Positions 1-8,704 of a DNA stretch of 39,189 nt are shown here, piece after piece (position 1 is the stretch's first letter; the number at the start of each line of letters is the position of its first letter). Under the pieces are notes generated by a model, which did not search any database, was not told the DNA's origin, and was given only the letters and a program-made list of their open reading frames with translations. The stretch lies in contig JBBDJW010000002.1 of NCBI GenBank assembly GCA_040879685.1, positions 1-39,189 of the forward strand. Direction: 5' to 3'. Both the position numbers and the translations under genes were made by a program. Source of the stretch: Minisyncoccota bacterium. Its GTDB lineage: Bacteria; Patescibacteriota; Minisyncoccia; Phycocordibacterales; UBA2135.

Positions 1-1
1 G

Positions 2-42
2 CTGCCGGACTTGGACTCGAACCAAGATTACAGGTACCAGAG
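2..42 (-). other. 3' portion of a second, interrupted tRNA-Gln-like copy, running to the window edge. It carries loop CTCTGGT, ACCTG, TAAT, T-arm CTTGG/TTCGAGT/CCAAG, acceptor 3' strand TCCGGCA and discriminator G.
   Basis: The reverse complement aligns base for base with the 3' half of the intact tRNA-Gln at 99-169. The T-stem is self-consistent. The acceptor strand is complementary to TGCCGGA at 283-289. Confidence 0.5.
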
Positions 43-98
43 ACCCCGCCTGACACAAGAGGCGAGGAATCTGCCTTTTTCCTTATTCCCGCACAGTG

Positions 99-169
99 CT
101 GCCAGACTAGGATTCGAACCTAGATTACAGGTGCCAGAAACCTGAGTCCTACCATTAGACGATCTGGCA
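99..169 (-). tRNA. tRNA-Gln (anticodon CTG), 71 nt, no encoded CCA
   Basis: The manual cloverleaf on the minus strand is TGCCAGA TC GTCT AATGGT AGGAC T CAGGT TTCTGGC ACCTG TAAT CTAGG TTCGAAT CCTAG TCTGGCA G. U1:A72 and G73 are typical of bacterial tRNA-Gln. Confidence 0.9.
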
Positions 170-237
170 GCACTGCGCATGAATTATCGAAAAATTCCCT
201 TTGGGAACCGGATGAAAAAGAAAACTGATTCTTTCTC

Positions 238-289
238 ATTCCTACCATTAGCCTCGCCCATAGGGCTACGGACGAAGGACGATCCGGCA
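238..289 (-). other. 5' portion of the interrupted tRNA-Gln-like copy (acceptor TGCCGGA and D-arm), with a 27-nt insert in the D-loop
   Basis: The minus strand reads TGCCGGA TC GTC [27 nt, + strand 251-277] TAATGGTAGGAAT. Apart from the insert and 2 substitutions it matches the first 26 nt of the intact tRNA-Gln. The acceptor G:C change is compensated in the 3' piece at 3-9. Confidence 0.5.
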
Positions 290-340
290 AGGGTGCTTTT
301 ACCTTACCATATTTTTTCTCCACCATGGTAGAGTATATTC

Positions 341-2023
341 ATGACACAAGAAGAAGCTCTCAATATTTTAAAGTGCGGGCATAATGCATACATTACCGGC
401 TCTGCGGGGAGCGGTAAGACACACCTTTTAAATACGTATATTAATTATCTGCGGGACAATGGCGTTTCAGTTGGTATTACCGCCTCCACGGGAATTGCCG
501 CGACACATATGAACGGCGTGACGATTCATTCGTGGTCGGGGATTGGAGTAAAAGACTCACTTTCCGACAGTGATATTCACGACCTTGTTAAAAAGAGATA
601 CCTTGCAAAACATTTTGAAAAGACAAATGTACTTATCATAGATGAGATATCAATGCTCCATTCGTTTCAGCTTGATATGGTTGACAGGATTTGCCGAGCG
701 TTTAAACAAAACGATTCTGCATTTGGGGGGGTGCAAGTGGTTCTGTGTGGTGATTTTTTCCAGCTTCCTCCTATCGGCGCCTCACGAGGTACGGATGAAA
801 ATGAGACAAAAGAAGTAACCTCTGTATATATGGCAGAGGCATGGAGCGCGCTTAATCTTAAAATTTGTTATCTAGAAGAACAGTATCGACAAAAAGCGGA
901 AAACGGAGCATATGACAAGCTACTTTCTGTGTTAAACGACATTAGGAACGATAGTGTTAATGGAGACACCCTTGAGCTTTTAAACACATGTAGAGATAGA
1001 TTAGTGGAACACGAAGGTATTATCACTAAGCTTTATACACATAATTGTGATGTTGATCGTGTCAATGAAAGCGCGCTTTCAGGAATAGGTGGGAAGGAGC
1101 ATCGTTATGAGATGTCGTTTTATGGCAATAAGAAACTTGCCGAAACACTTGAGAAAAACTGTCTTGCTCCGGGAGTTCTTTTGTTAAAGAAGGGCGCTAT
1201 TGTCATGTTTGTAAAAAATAATAGAAATGAAGGATATGTAAATGGAACGCTCGGTACGGTAGTTGACGTTAATGAGGCGGGGTATCCTGTTGTCCGCACA
1301 AAAGACGGGAGACTCATCACGGCAGTTCACGAAGCGTGGAGGATAGAAGAGGAGGGAAAGACAAAGGCAGAGATACGACAAATTCCGCTTCGGCTCGCGT
1401 GGGCGATAACTGTCCACAAAAGCCAAGGAATGAGCTTGGACTCCGCCGAGATTGACCTCTCTCATTCATTTGAAAAAGGGATGGGATATGTTGCTCTTTC
1501 ACGAGTTCGTACACTTTCAGGTATTAAACTTTTGGGACTAGGAGAACACGCGCTTTCTATTGATACAAACATTCTCGCGTTTGATAAAGAGTTACTAGAA
1601 AAATCAAAACATGCTCGGGAAGAATTTTCAAAATTAAGCAAAAAAGAAATTGATGAAGCACATAAAATATTCCTAGCGTCTCTTGCTCGTGTATATGAAA
1701 AGAAACTTTCAACACTTGATGAAACGAGAAAGCTTATAGAAGAAAGATTGTTAGTTCCTGAAATGGCGATGCGACGCTCTCTTACCAAAGGTACGATCAT
1801 TTCTCATCTTGAAAAGCTTGTTGCCGAGCGGTTGATAGATATATCGTATCTTCGCGATAATGCTGACTCCAAGCGCCTTAAAAAAGTGGAAGACGCGTTT
1901 AAAAAAGCAGGAGACGATAAGCTCACCCCCGTTCGTACAATCCTTGGCAACAGTTTCTCTTTTGATGAAATTCGCTTTGGCCGGCTTCTTATAAACTTCA
2001 ATACCAAAAAAAATAAAAAATAA
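341..2023 (+). CDS. Pif1/RecD-like SF1B ATP-dependent DNA helicase
   Basis: 560-aa ORF with Walker A GSAGSGKT, Walker B LIIDEISM, and the FFQLPPI and TVHKSQG helicase motifs. A helical C-terminal extension follows. Confidence 0.85.
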   Translation: MTQEEALNILKCGHNAYITGSAGSGKTHLLNTYINYLRDNGVSVGITASTGIAATHMNGVTIHSWSGIGVKDSLSDSDIHDLVKKRYLAKHFEKTNVLIIDEISMLHSFQLDMVDRICRAFKQNDSAFGGVQVVLCGDFFQLPPIGASRGTDENETKEVTSVYMAEAWSALNLKICYLEEQYRQKAENGAYDKLLSVLNDIRNDSVNGDTLELLNTCRDRLVEHEGIITKLYTHNCDVDRVNESALSGIGGKEHRYEMSFYGNKKLAETLEKNCLAPGVLLLKKGAIVMFVKNNRNEGYVNGTLGTVVDVNEAGYPVVRTKDGRLITAVHEAWRIEEEGKTKAEIRQIPLRLAWAITVHKSQGMSLDSAEIDLSHSFEKGMGYVALSRVRTLSGIKLLGLGEHALSIDTNILAFDKELLEKSKHAREEFSKLSKKEIDEAHKIFLASLARVYEKKLSTLDETRKLIEERLLVPEMAMRRSLTKGTIISHLEKLVAERLIDISYLRDNADSKRLKKVEDAFKKAGDDKLTPVRTILGNSFSFDEIRFGRLLINFNTKKNKK

Positions 2024-2053
2024 AGCTGTTCAACATTGGATGTTGAACAGCTT
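2023..2053 (+). terminator. Stem-loop immediately after the helicase stop codon
   Basis: 14-bp perfect stem AAGCTGTTCAACAT / ATGTTGAACAGCTT with a 3-nt loop. The T-run is weak. Confidence 0.55.
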
Positions 2054-2185
2054 GGTATTAATTATTGTTAATAATCTTAAAATAAGAGTGTGTAGTTATA
2101 TGTGGAGCTTTATTTTTTATAACAAGAAATACCAATTCCTCTGCACGTGTCGGGGTTTTCTTTTTGCTCATGGTATACTAATAGT

Positions 2186-2536
2186 ATGGTGCGGATTTTT
2201 AAAAGCCTGAAACATGCTCTCAACGGCTTCAGGGCGGCATACCGCTTTGATAAAAATTTTCGGCTTGAGGTTGTCTGGGGTTTTATTTTTCTCGTGCTCT
2301 TTATCTACAGTATGCCACCTTTGGAGATTTATGAGATTCTTCTCCTTATCCTTGCATATGTCGTAGTTCTTATAGCAGAGCTTATCAATACCGCATTTGA
2401 AACTGCTTTTGCAAAATTGCACCCGGCATATGATAGAATGATAGGCGCCTCAAAAGATATCGCCGCATCCGCTGTTCTTCTTGGAGGATTTTTTGGATTT
2501 ATTGTCGTTCTCTTCATTTTCTTCAATCACTTCTAA
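2186..2536 (+). CDS. dgkA: Diacylglycerol/undecaprenol kinase family protein (DgkA-like)
   Basis: Small protein with three TM segments and the motifs ELINTAFE and SKDIAASAVLL. I prefer the ATG at 2186 over the GTG at 2147 used in the ORF track. Confidence 0.75.
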   Translation: MVRIFKSLKHALNGFRAAYRFDKNFRLEVVWGFIFLVLFIYSMPPLEIYEILLLILAYVVVLIAELINTAFETAFAKLHPAYDRMIGASKDIAASAVLLGGFFGFIVVLFIFFNHF

Positions 2537-2549
2537 TACTACGGCAGAT

Positions 2550-2587
2550 ACAACACTACGACATTCTTGCAAATGTCGTAGTGTTGT
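2550..2587 (+). terminator. Stem-loop after dgkA
   Basis: 15-bp perfect stem ACAACACTACGACAT / ATGTCGTAGTGTTGT with an 8-nt loop, followed by a G8 run rather than a T-run. Confidence 0.5.
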
Positions 2588-2646
2588 AGGGGGGGGTATG
2601 TGGATAGTATTTTAAAATTTTTATCCGCGCGCTATCATAACCGCAT

Positions 2647-3267
2647 ATGAAACAAAATACTTCGCGTATCATGCTTATAGCTTTCATCGCCGGTCTTCTC
2701 GGCGGTTTTGTTGGAAGTAACTTTGGCACATTCTTTGGCTCACCGAGTGAAGAGCTTTTGGTAAAGGAATATTATGATGCTGAGAACGCCGTTGCCGTCT
2801 CACCGCACACTTTGCGTACCCAAATGCACAAGATTGGGAACGAGATTATTATTATTGATGTTCGCTCACGAGAAGATTATGAGCAAGAGCATATTGTCGG
2901 AGCTCTCAATATTCCCGGCTTTTCTCCTGACGATGCTTCTGCAGATGCGGGAAGGGAGAGAATTATTGAGAGTTTTAAAGCACTCGGAGATGGTAAGGAA
3001 ATTATTACCTACTGCTACTCTGGTGCGTGTATGCTCTCGCGGCAAGTTGGGCAGATTTTAGCGAGTGAGGGCATCTTTGTAAAACATCTTAATATCGGCT
3101 GGCAGGAGTGGAAATACTTCTGGAATCTCTGGAACAGTGATACCGAGGAAGCGGGGGCTCCTGCGGCCTTTACGCATCAAGGTCCTGATGCGGGAGTTTT
3201 TAAAGGAAGCGCGCAGGATGAGGCAGGCTCGTGCGTCCCTGACGAGGAAGGAAAACTCAGTTGCTAA
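2647..3267 (+). CDS. Membrane-anchored rhodanese-domain protein (paralog A)
   Basis: N-terminal TM helix, rhodanese motifs IIIDVRSREDYEQEHIVGALNIP, and the catalytic-type loop YCYSGAC. It is a paralog of the CDS at 31911-32543. Confidence 0.8.
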   Translation: MKQNTSRIMLIAFIAGLLGGFVGSNFGTFFGSPSEELLVKEYYDAENAVAVSPHTLRTQMHKIGNEIIIIDVRSREDYEQEHIVGALNIPGFSPDDASADAGRERIIESFKALGDGKEIITYCYSGACMLSRQVGQILASEGIFVKHLNIGWQEWKYFWNLWNSDTEEAGAPAAFTHQGPDAGVFKGSAQDEAGSCVPDEEGKLSC

Positions 3268-3304
3268 AAAGCCTTTTATTGCCGGCTTAGAACCCCTTTT
3301 AAAA

Positions 3305-3883
3305 TTAAAAAAGGAGAGTGTGATTGAGAGCTCCGTCGCCCGGATCTTCCCAGTTTTCAGTTTTAAGAGGAATCGTTTTTATCCCATCATAATCCTTATA
3401 TTTAAGAAAGTTATTTTTAAGCGCAAATTCATAAATTTCTTTTGTAATACGAACATCATCCTTACAATAGCGCTTGAGCTTTTCAATTTCACCTTGCCGC
3501 CACCACTTAACCGCCTCAAGTCCGTCACCTGATTTTTTAATACCGAGCGTTCCTTCTGCTACACTATCAAGGCGAAGGCGTCTTCCGAGAGTATTTTTAA
3601 TTTCGGAAAGAAGGTCAAGACTTTTTATCGCCGTGAGATCTCCCTCGTAGTATTTATTTAAAAGGGGAATATCAAAATGATCAGAATTATATCCGATTAT
3701 CATATCGCTCTCTTCCAACAGCTTCCATAATCGCGGAAAGTCCTCTTCAAGAAAACATTCGTATTGATCAGTTTGGAAATCATATGTTACCAGAAGTGAA
3801 ATATCTAATTTTGTTGGATCACCCCTTCCGCCGACTTCTTGGAAAATGTTCTTTGTTTCAATATCAAGTACTATTTTTCTCAT
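3305..3883 (-). CDS. RNase H-like (DEDD) 3'-5' exonuclease domain protein
   Basis: Motifs LDIET, YNSDHFDIPLL and YCKDDV resemble the Exo I-III motifs. I prefer the ATG at 3883 over the GTG at 3910. Confidence 0.7.
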   Translation of the reverse strand: MRKIVLDIETKNIFQEVGGRGDPTKLDISLLVTYDFQTDQYECFLEEDFPRLWKLLEESDMIIGYNSDHFDIPLLNKYYEGDLTAIKSLDLLSEIKNTLGRRLRLDSVAEGTLGIKKSGDGLEAVKWWRQGEIEKLKRYCKDDVRITKEIYEFALKNNFLKYKDYDGIKTIPLKTENWEDPGDGALNHTLLF

Positions 3884-4022
3884 CCCATTAGAGATAGAGC
3901 GCGTACACACGGATGACTTGCGCTCTCTCGGTTATTTCTGGTAATAGTTTGTTTTTCTGCATATTTTGTTTGATTACAGCGTCTGCGATTTCTAACGGGA
4001 CTCATATACGATAATACACAAT

Positions 4023-4064
4023 AAAGACATCGTATCATATTTCAAAGACATCGTATCATATTTC
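4023..4064. repeat. Perfect 21-bp tandem direct repeat, two copies (AAAGACATCGTATCATATTTC)
   Basis: Direct reading shows 4023-4043 equals 4044-4064. Confidence 0.9.
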
Positions 4065-4075
4065 GTTTTCCTACG

Positions 4076-4121
4076 CCCCCATCCATTATATATTTATACA
4101 TAAATATATAATGGATGGGGG
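4076..4121. repeat. Perfect 22-bp inverted repeat (palindrome) with a 2-nt centre
   Basis: CCCCCATCCATTATATATTTAT (4076-4097) is the exact reverse complement of ATAAATATATAATGGATGGGGG (4100-4121). Confidence 0.9.
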
Positions 4122-4244
4122 ATGGAGTTGGAGGGTTTTTGTATCAGCGGATCTAAGAAGGCAAGATACATAAAAATGTGACGGGGAGAGTGCATCGGAT
4201 GTCATGATAGACTAAATGCCGAGTGTGTGGTTATATAAAAAGCA

Positions 4245-4820
4245 ATGAGCGACGTGCGCGTCACATCGGCAGAATTTGTAAAAGGCATCCGCGGAACAAA
4301 CGGAATTTTATTTAATCGTATGGCGCAGATTGCGTTCATCGGTCGCTCTAATGTTGGCAAATCAAGCGTGATTAACGCACTTGTTGGAAGAAAGAGATTG
4401 GTGAAGGAGAGTTCACAGCCGGGCAAGACAACAGAAATTAATTTTTTTCTTATAAATAACAACCGCTATTTTGTAGATCTGCCGGGATATGGCTTTGCAA
4501 AGCTTCCTGAAAAGAAGCGCGAAGGGCTCCGCAGAATGATTTTGTGGTATTTAGGGGAGCTTGAGATTGAGAATCGCACGGTGGTTTTGATTATAGACGC
4601 CTACGTTGGCCCGTCGGAGTTTGATGAGGAAGTTCTGTTGCTTTTAGAGAGGCGAGGCATTACAACTATTATTATTGCTAATAAATTTGATAAGATAAAG
4701 AAGAGCAAGGAGCGCGAGAGGAAGCAAGCGCTCAGCGAGGCGCTTTCAGGGAGGAGCTATATTCCCTTTTCAGCTCGTACAGGAGAAGGCAAGGAGGAGC
4801 TTCTCTCTCTAATTCTTTAA
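4245..4820 (+). CDS. engB: Ribosome-biogenesis GTPase EngB/YihA
   Basis: G1 GRSNVGKSS, G3 DLPGYG and G4 NKFDK motifs in a protein of typical length (191 aa). Confidence 0.9.
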   Translation: MSDVRVTSAEFVKGIRGTNGILFNRMAQIAFIGRSNVGKSSVINALVGRKRLVKESSQPGKTTEINFFLINNNRYFVDLPGYGFAKLPEKKREGLRRMILWYLGELEIENRTVVLIIDAYVGPSEFDEEVLLLLERRGITTIIIANKFDKIKKSKERERKQALSEALSGRSYIPFSARTGEGKEELLSLIL

Positions 4821-4827
4821 GTAAAGT

Positions 4828-5961
4828 ATGTCATCAAAACACCACGCACAAACCCTGCTTAAAAAGGCAGGCATCACCATAGGGGGTGATAAGCCTTATG
4901 ATATTATTGTCTCAGACGAGAGGTTCTACAACAGGGTTTTTTCACAAGGATCACTCGGTCTTGGTGAGGCGTATATGGAAGGGTGGTGGGATGTGAAGGA
5001 GCTTGACCAATTTTTTGCCAAAGTATTTTCTGCCGAACTAGAAAAGGAAGTGCGGAGAAACGCAACGATCCTTATCCATACCATAAAAGCAAAATTCTTT
5101 AACCGACAGTCTGCCACGCGCGCGTTTCAAGTTGGAGAAGAACATACCGACCTTTACGACATCGGCAATGATCTCTATAGGGCGATGCTTGATACACGGA
5201 TGGTTTATTCGTGTGGTTATTGGAAGCGCGCACAGGATTTAGATGAGGCGCAGGAGCACAAGCTTGATCTTGTTTGTAGAAAACTTCAGCTCAAAAAAGG
5301 AGAGCGTGTGCTTGATATCGGGTGTGGCTGGGGAAGTTTTGCAAAGTACGCCGCCGAGAATTATGGTGTAGAGGTTGTCGGCATTACCATTTCCAAAGAG
5401 CAGGCACACTATGCACGGGAGGTGTGTAAAGGGCTTGCCGTGAAAATTCTTCTTGAGGATTATAGGAAAATGAAAGGAGAGTATGATAAAATCGTTTCAA
5501 TAGGAATGTTTGAGCATGTGGGATACAAAAACTACCATACCTTTATGCATTTGGCTCATAGTCTTTTAAAACCAAAAGGACTTTTTCTTCTTCACACAAT
5601 TGGTTCAAAAAGGTCGGTTACTTCCACGGATCCATGGATAAATAAATACATCTTTCCTAACGGAATGTTGCCATCAATAAAACAGATTGGCGCATCTATT
5701 GAACAGAAGTTTGTGATGGAGGATTGGCACAACTTTGGAGCTGATTATGATACAACGCTCATGCACTGGTTTAAAAACTTTGAAACTCACTGGGAAAAGC
5801 TCATACCTGAATACGAAAGAAGAGTTGGCGGAATGTTTTATAGAATGTGGAAGTATTATCTTCTTGCTTCTGCCGGGTCATTTCGTGCACGAAGAAATCA
5901 ACTCTGGCAGGTTGTTCTCTCTAAAAGTCCACAAGAAGGGCGTTATGATGCAGTGCGCTAA
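4828..5961 (+). CDS. cfa: Cyclopropane-fatty-acyl-phospholipid synthase family SAM methyltransferase
   Basis: SAM motif VLDIGCGWG and Cfa-type N- and C-terminal regions (YDIGNDLY, FEHVG). Confidence 0.85.
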   Translation: MSSKHHAQTLLKKAGITIGGDKPYDIIVSDERFYNRVFSQGSLGLGEAYMEGWWDVKELDQFFAKVFSAELEKEVRRNATILIHTIKAKFFNRQSATRAFQVGEEHTDLYDIGNDLYRAMLDTRMVYSCGYWKRAQDLDEAQEHKLDLVCRKLQLKKGERVLDIGCGWGSFAKYAAENYGVEVVGITISKEQAHYAREVCKGLAVKILLEDYRKMKGEYDKIVSIGMFEHVGYKNYHTFMHLAHSLLKPKGLFLLHTIGSKRSVTSTDPWINKYIFPNGMLPSIKQIGASIEQKFVMEDWHNFGADYDTTLMHWFKNFETHWEKLIPEYERRVGGMFYRMWKYYLLASAGSFRARRNQLWQVVLSKSPQEGRYDAVR

Positions 5962-5967
5962 ATTTCT

Positions 5968-6939
5968 ATGCTTATTGATGATGTCGTAATAACCATACAT
6001 GCGGGCAAGGGCGGCGACGGCGCGGTTGGTTTTAATAAGCTCCCCGGAGCAAAGGGTCCCACAGGGGCCTCAGGTGGCCGCGGAGGAAGCGTGTATCTTG
6101 AGGGTGTTTCAGATCTCGGCGCTCTTAATCAGTTTCGTTTTAAAAAGGAGGTGTCTGCTTCCTCAGGTGGCGGTGGCGACAAAATGATGCATGATGGTAA
6201 GAATGGTGATGATCTTGTTGTGAGGGTTCCTGTAGGGACCGTTGTTCATTTTGAAGATATGGCTGTTGGGCTTTACGAGGAGATTGTTGGTGTCGGCGAG
6301 AGGATTTTAATTGCAAAAGGAGGGAGGGGTGGGAAGGGAAACTTTCATTTCCGCTCATCACGAAACACCTCTCCAAAAGAGGCAGAAAAAGGTAGGCCCG
6401 GTGAGGTTCGCAGCGTGCGTCTTGAACTTAAACTTATTGCTGATGTTGGCTTTATTGGGTTGCCAAGTGCAGGGAAGACGAGTCTTTTAAATGCGCTTAC
6501 CAATACAAATAAAAAAGTTGCAAACTATCCCTTTACCACCCTGGAGCCGAATATTGGAGTCTATGAGAATCTCATTCTTGCCGACATCCCCGGGATTATT
6601 GAAGGAGCCTCCGGAGGAAGGGGGCTAGGAATAAAATTTCTACGGCATATTGAACGAACAAAAATACTTTTTCATCTTATAGCCGCCGATTGCGAAGACC
6701 CTTGCCACGCGTACAGCATAATTCGCACAGAACTTGAGAAGCACAGTGCCGGTTTGGTACAGAAAAAAGAATATGTATTTTTAAGCAAGAGTGACACACT
6801 CTCACCTAAAGAGTGTGAGGAGAAACTCGTCGCACTTAAAACGGTCAGTCCCTCAGCAGAAGCTTTCTCACTCTATGATAAGAGTATAAAGAAGGTAACG
6901 GATGTGCTACAAATAATAATAAAGGAAAAAATAATATGA
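5968..6939 (+). CDS. obg: GTPase Obg/CgtA
   Basis: Glycine-rich Obg fold (GKGGDG, GGRGG, GGRGGKGN) followed by a G domain with GLPSAGKTS and DIPG. Confidence 0.9.
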   Translation: MLIDDVVITIHAGKGGDGAVGFNKLPGAKGPTGASGGRGGSVYLEGVSDLGALNQFRFKKEVSASSGGGGDKMMHDGKNGDDLVVRVPVGTVVHFEDMAVGLYEEIVGVGERILIAKGGRGGKGNFHFRSSRNTSPKEAEKGRPGEVRSVRLELKLIADVGFIGLPSAGKTSLLNALTNTNKKVANYPFTTLEPNIGVYENLILADIPGIIEGASGGRGLGIKFLRHIERTKILFHLIAADCEDPCHAYSIIRTELEKHSAGLVQKKEYVFLSKSDTLSPKECEEKLVALKTVSPSAEAFSLYDKSIKKVTDVLQIIIKEKII

Positions 6940-7448
6940 GACATATAAACGAAACGCTTCTTGGCGCAAAAAAACTTCTCATACGCAACACTATCTTTGG
7001 TGTTGAAGATAGTCTTGTCTCAACGGTAGGTCTTCTTTCCGGAATTGCAGTTGCTGGTGTTCCGACAGAGACCATTATCCTCACGGGCATTATTTTGATT
7101 TTTGTTGAAGCGCTTTCTATGGGGGCCGGGAGCTTTCTTTCCGAGCAGTCGGTACAGGAATATGCACTAGGAAATCATAACGGAAGCATTACAGCAATCC
7201 GAGGAGGTATTATTATGTTTTTTTCGTATTTCTTAGCAGGATTTATCCCGCTCTCTCCGTATTTATTTTTACCAAGCACGGAGGCACTTCTCTCTTCTGT
7301 TGGAATCTCACTACTCGCACTTTTCTTGTTAGGAGCGGTTTTTGCAAGACTTTTCAAAGCGAAAATTGTGGGAAGTGGGGTGCGAATGTTGGTTGTTGGA
7401 GGACTTGCCATCCTGATTGGTATTCTTATTGGAGGTTTTGTACAATAA
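6936..7448 (+). CDS. VIT1/CCC1-family iron/manganese transporter-like membrane protein
   Basis: The FGVEDSLVSTVGLLSGIA motif and multiple TM helices. The start overlaps the obg stop (ATGA). Confidence 0.7.
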   Translation: MRHINETLLGAKKLLIRNTIFGVEDSLVSTVGLLSGIAVAGVPTETIILTGIILIFVEALSMGAGSFLSEQSVQEYALGNHNGSITAIRGGIIMFFSYFLAGFIPLSPYLFLPSTEALLSSVGISLLALFLLGAVFARLFKAKIVGSGVRMLVVGGLAILIGILIGGFVQ

Positions 7449-7461
7449 GATAAAGAGAGAT

Positions 7462-8031
7462 ATGGAAAAAGATTTTTTTATTCCCCTTATATTAGGAACC
7501 AATAGAGAGGGACGACAAAGCGAGTGTGTTGCGCGGGTTATTAGAAAAATATGCGAGGCAGATTCGCGAGTAGAAACGAAGTTGTTTGATGTTCGTGATT
7601 TTGACTTGCCGAGAAGCAATTACGGACAGAGTATAAAAGAGAGCTTCCCGGAGTATCGTGATGCAATTGAGCGCTGTGATGGACTTATTATTGTCACACC
7701 TGAATATAATCATGGTTATCCCGGCGTTCTTAAAAGTGTGCTTGACCTTTTACTCCCTGAATATAAACACAAAGCAGTTGGTCTTGTCGGGGTAAGTGCG
7801 GGTGCATGGGGAGGAGTGAGAGTACTTGAGTCACTTACGGTTGTTGTCCGTGAGCTTGGTCTTATTGTTTCAAGTAAAGATCTTAACTTTCCTAAGGTGG
7901 GCGACATGTTTGATGAGGGTGGAGAGCTTAATGGTGAGCTGAAAGAAGCTGTGCATGAGCGTTGTGAAGGTTTTCTTGAAGAACTTATCTGGCTTGCCGA
8001 TGCTCTACGAGCAAAAAGAAACACAGAGTAA
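7462..8031 (+). CDS. NAD(P)H-dependent FMN reductase family protein
   Basis: Flavodoxin-like motif IVTPEYNHGYPGVLK. The ATG at 7462 avoids overlap with the upstream gene. Confidence 0.8.
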   Translation: MEKDFFIPLILGTNREGRQSECVARVIRKICEADSRVETKLFDVRDFDLPRSNYGQSIKESFPEYRDAIERCDGLIIVTPEYNHGYPGVLKSVLDLLLPEYKHKAVGLVGVSAGAWGGVRVLESLTVVVRELGLIVSSKDLNFPKVGDMFDEGGELNGELKEAVHERCEGFLEELIWLADALRAKRNTE

Positions 8032-8034
8032 CGT

Positions 8035-8391
8035 ATGGAAAAACTTTTAACCATTGCGCATGTTTTCATAGGAGATGTAACGATTTTTCTTTTATTGCAA
8101 GGATTTATCTTAGGTGTTTTTATTTACTCGGCAACGCACCACATAAGAAGAAAGAAGAGTAAAAAAATCACAACACTTAAGGCAAGTGATTTAGTGCTTG
8201 CCTACAGCCTTATTTCGGCGTCACTCATTCAGGCAATTTCATCGGTTGATATCTTGACGCAATTTAAGCTTGGTATTATTCTCACTAATCTTGTTGCCTC
8301 GTTTTATCTTTGCTTCTTCTCGCTGTGGTTTCAGGGGTTTATTGCAGATATCTCATTAAAGATAGGAAGAAGCGCTGTCCGTGCCTCATAA
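8035..8391 (+). CDS. Hypothetical membrane protein
   Basis: 118-aa ORF with 3-4 predicted TM segments, packed tightly in a co-directional array. I recognise no family. Confidence 0.5.
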   Translation: MEKLLTIAHVFIGDVTIFLLLQGFILGVFIYSATHHIRRKKSKKITTLKASDLVLAYSLISASLIQAISSVDILTQFKLGIILTNLVASFYLCFFSLWFQGFIADISLKIGRSAVRAS

Positions 8392-8395
8392 TTTT

Positions 8396-8704
8396 ATGAA
8401 AGATACAACAAATAAAATACTTCTCATTATCCTTATCGTCCTCATTTTTATTGCGGGGGCTTTGGCATGGTTTGTTTTTAAAACACCGGTCACACAACAA
8501 CAAAGTGCGAAAGAGCGCTGTACACAAGAATTTCTTGAGGTGAAAGAGGAGACTTTGGGTGCAATTTGTACAGCTGAATTTGCACATATGCGCTGTTTGT
8601 ATGACAAGACTATTATTAAAGAGGCCGTAAACGGTTGCGAAATTTCATTACTTGAAAGTCTTGGATGGCAACGTACAAAAAGAGATGCCGAAAAAAACGA
8701 ATAA
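8396..8704 (+). CDS. Hypothetical membrane-anchored Cys-containing small protein
   Basis: The ATG at 8396 gives an N-terminal TM helix followed by a soluble domain with 4 Cys. I recognise no family. Confidence 0.5.
   Translation: MKDTTNKILLIILIVLIFIAGALAWFVFKTPVTQQQSAKERCTQEFLEVKEETLGAICTAEFAHMRCLYDKTIIKEAVNGCEISLLESLGWQRTKRDAEKNE

Noticed and set aside
120-326. 68-aa minus-strand ORF with an internal LPDR...LMVG repeat
   Set aside because: It is a read-through translation of the tRNA-Gln gene and its partial copy. The peptide repeat simply mirrors the duplicated tRNA sequence plus the 27-nt insert.
2589-2596. G8 homopolymer upstream of the rhodanese gene as a phase-variation tract
   Set aside because: It is a single tract about 50 nt upstream of the start, with no defined promoter spacing. 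Variation cannot be shown from one sequence.
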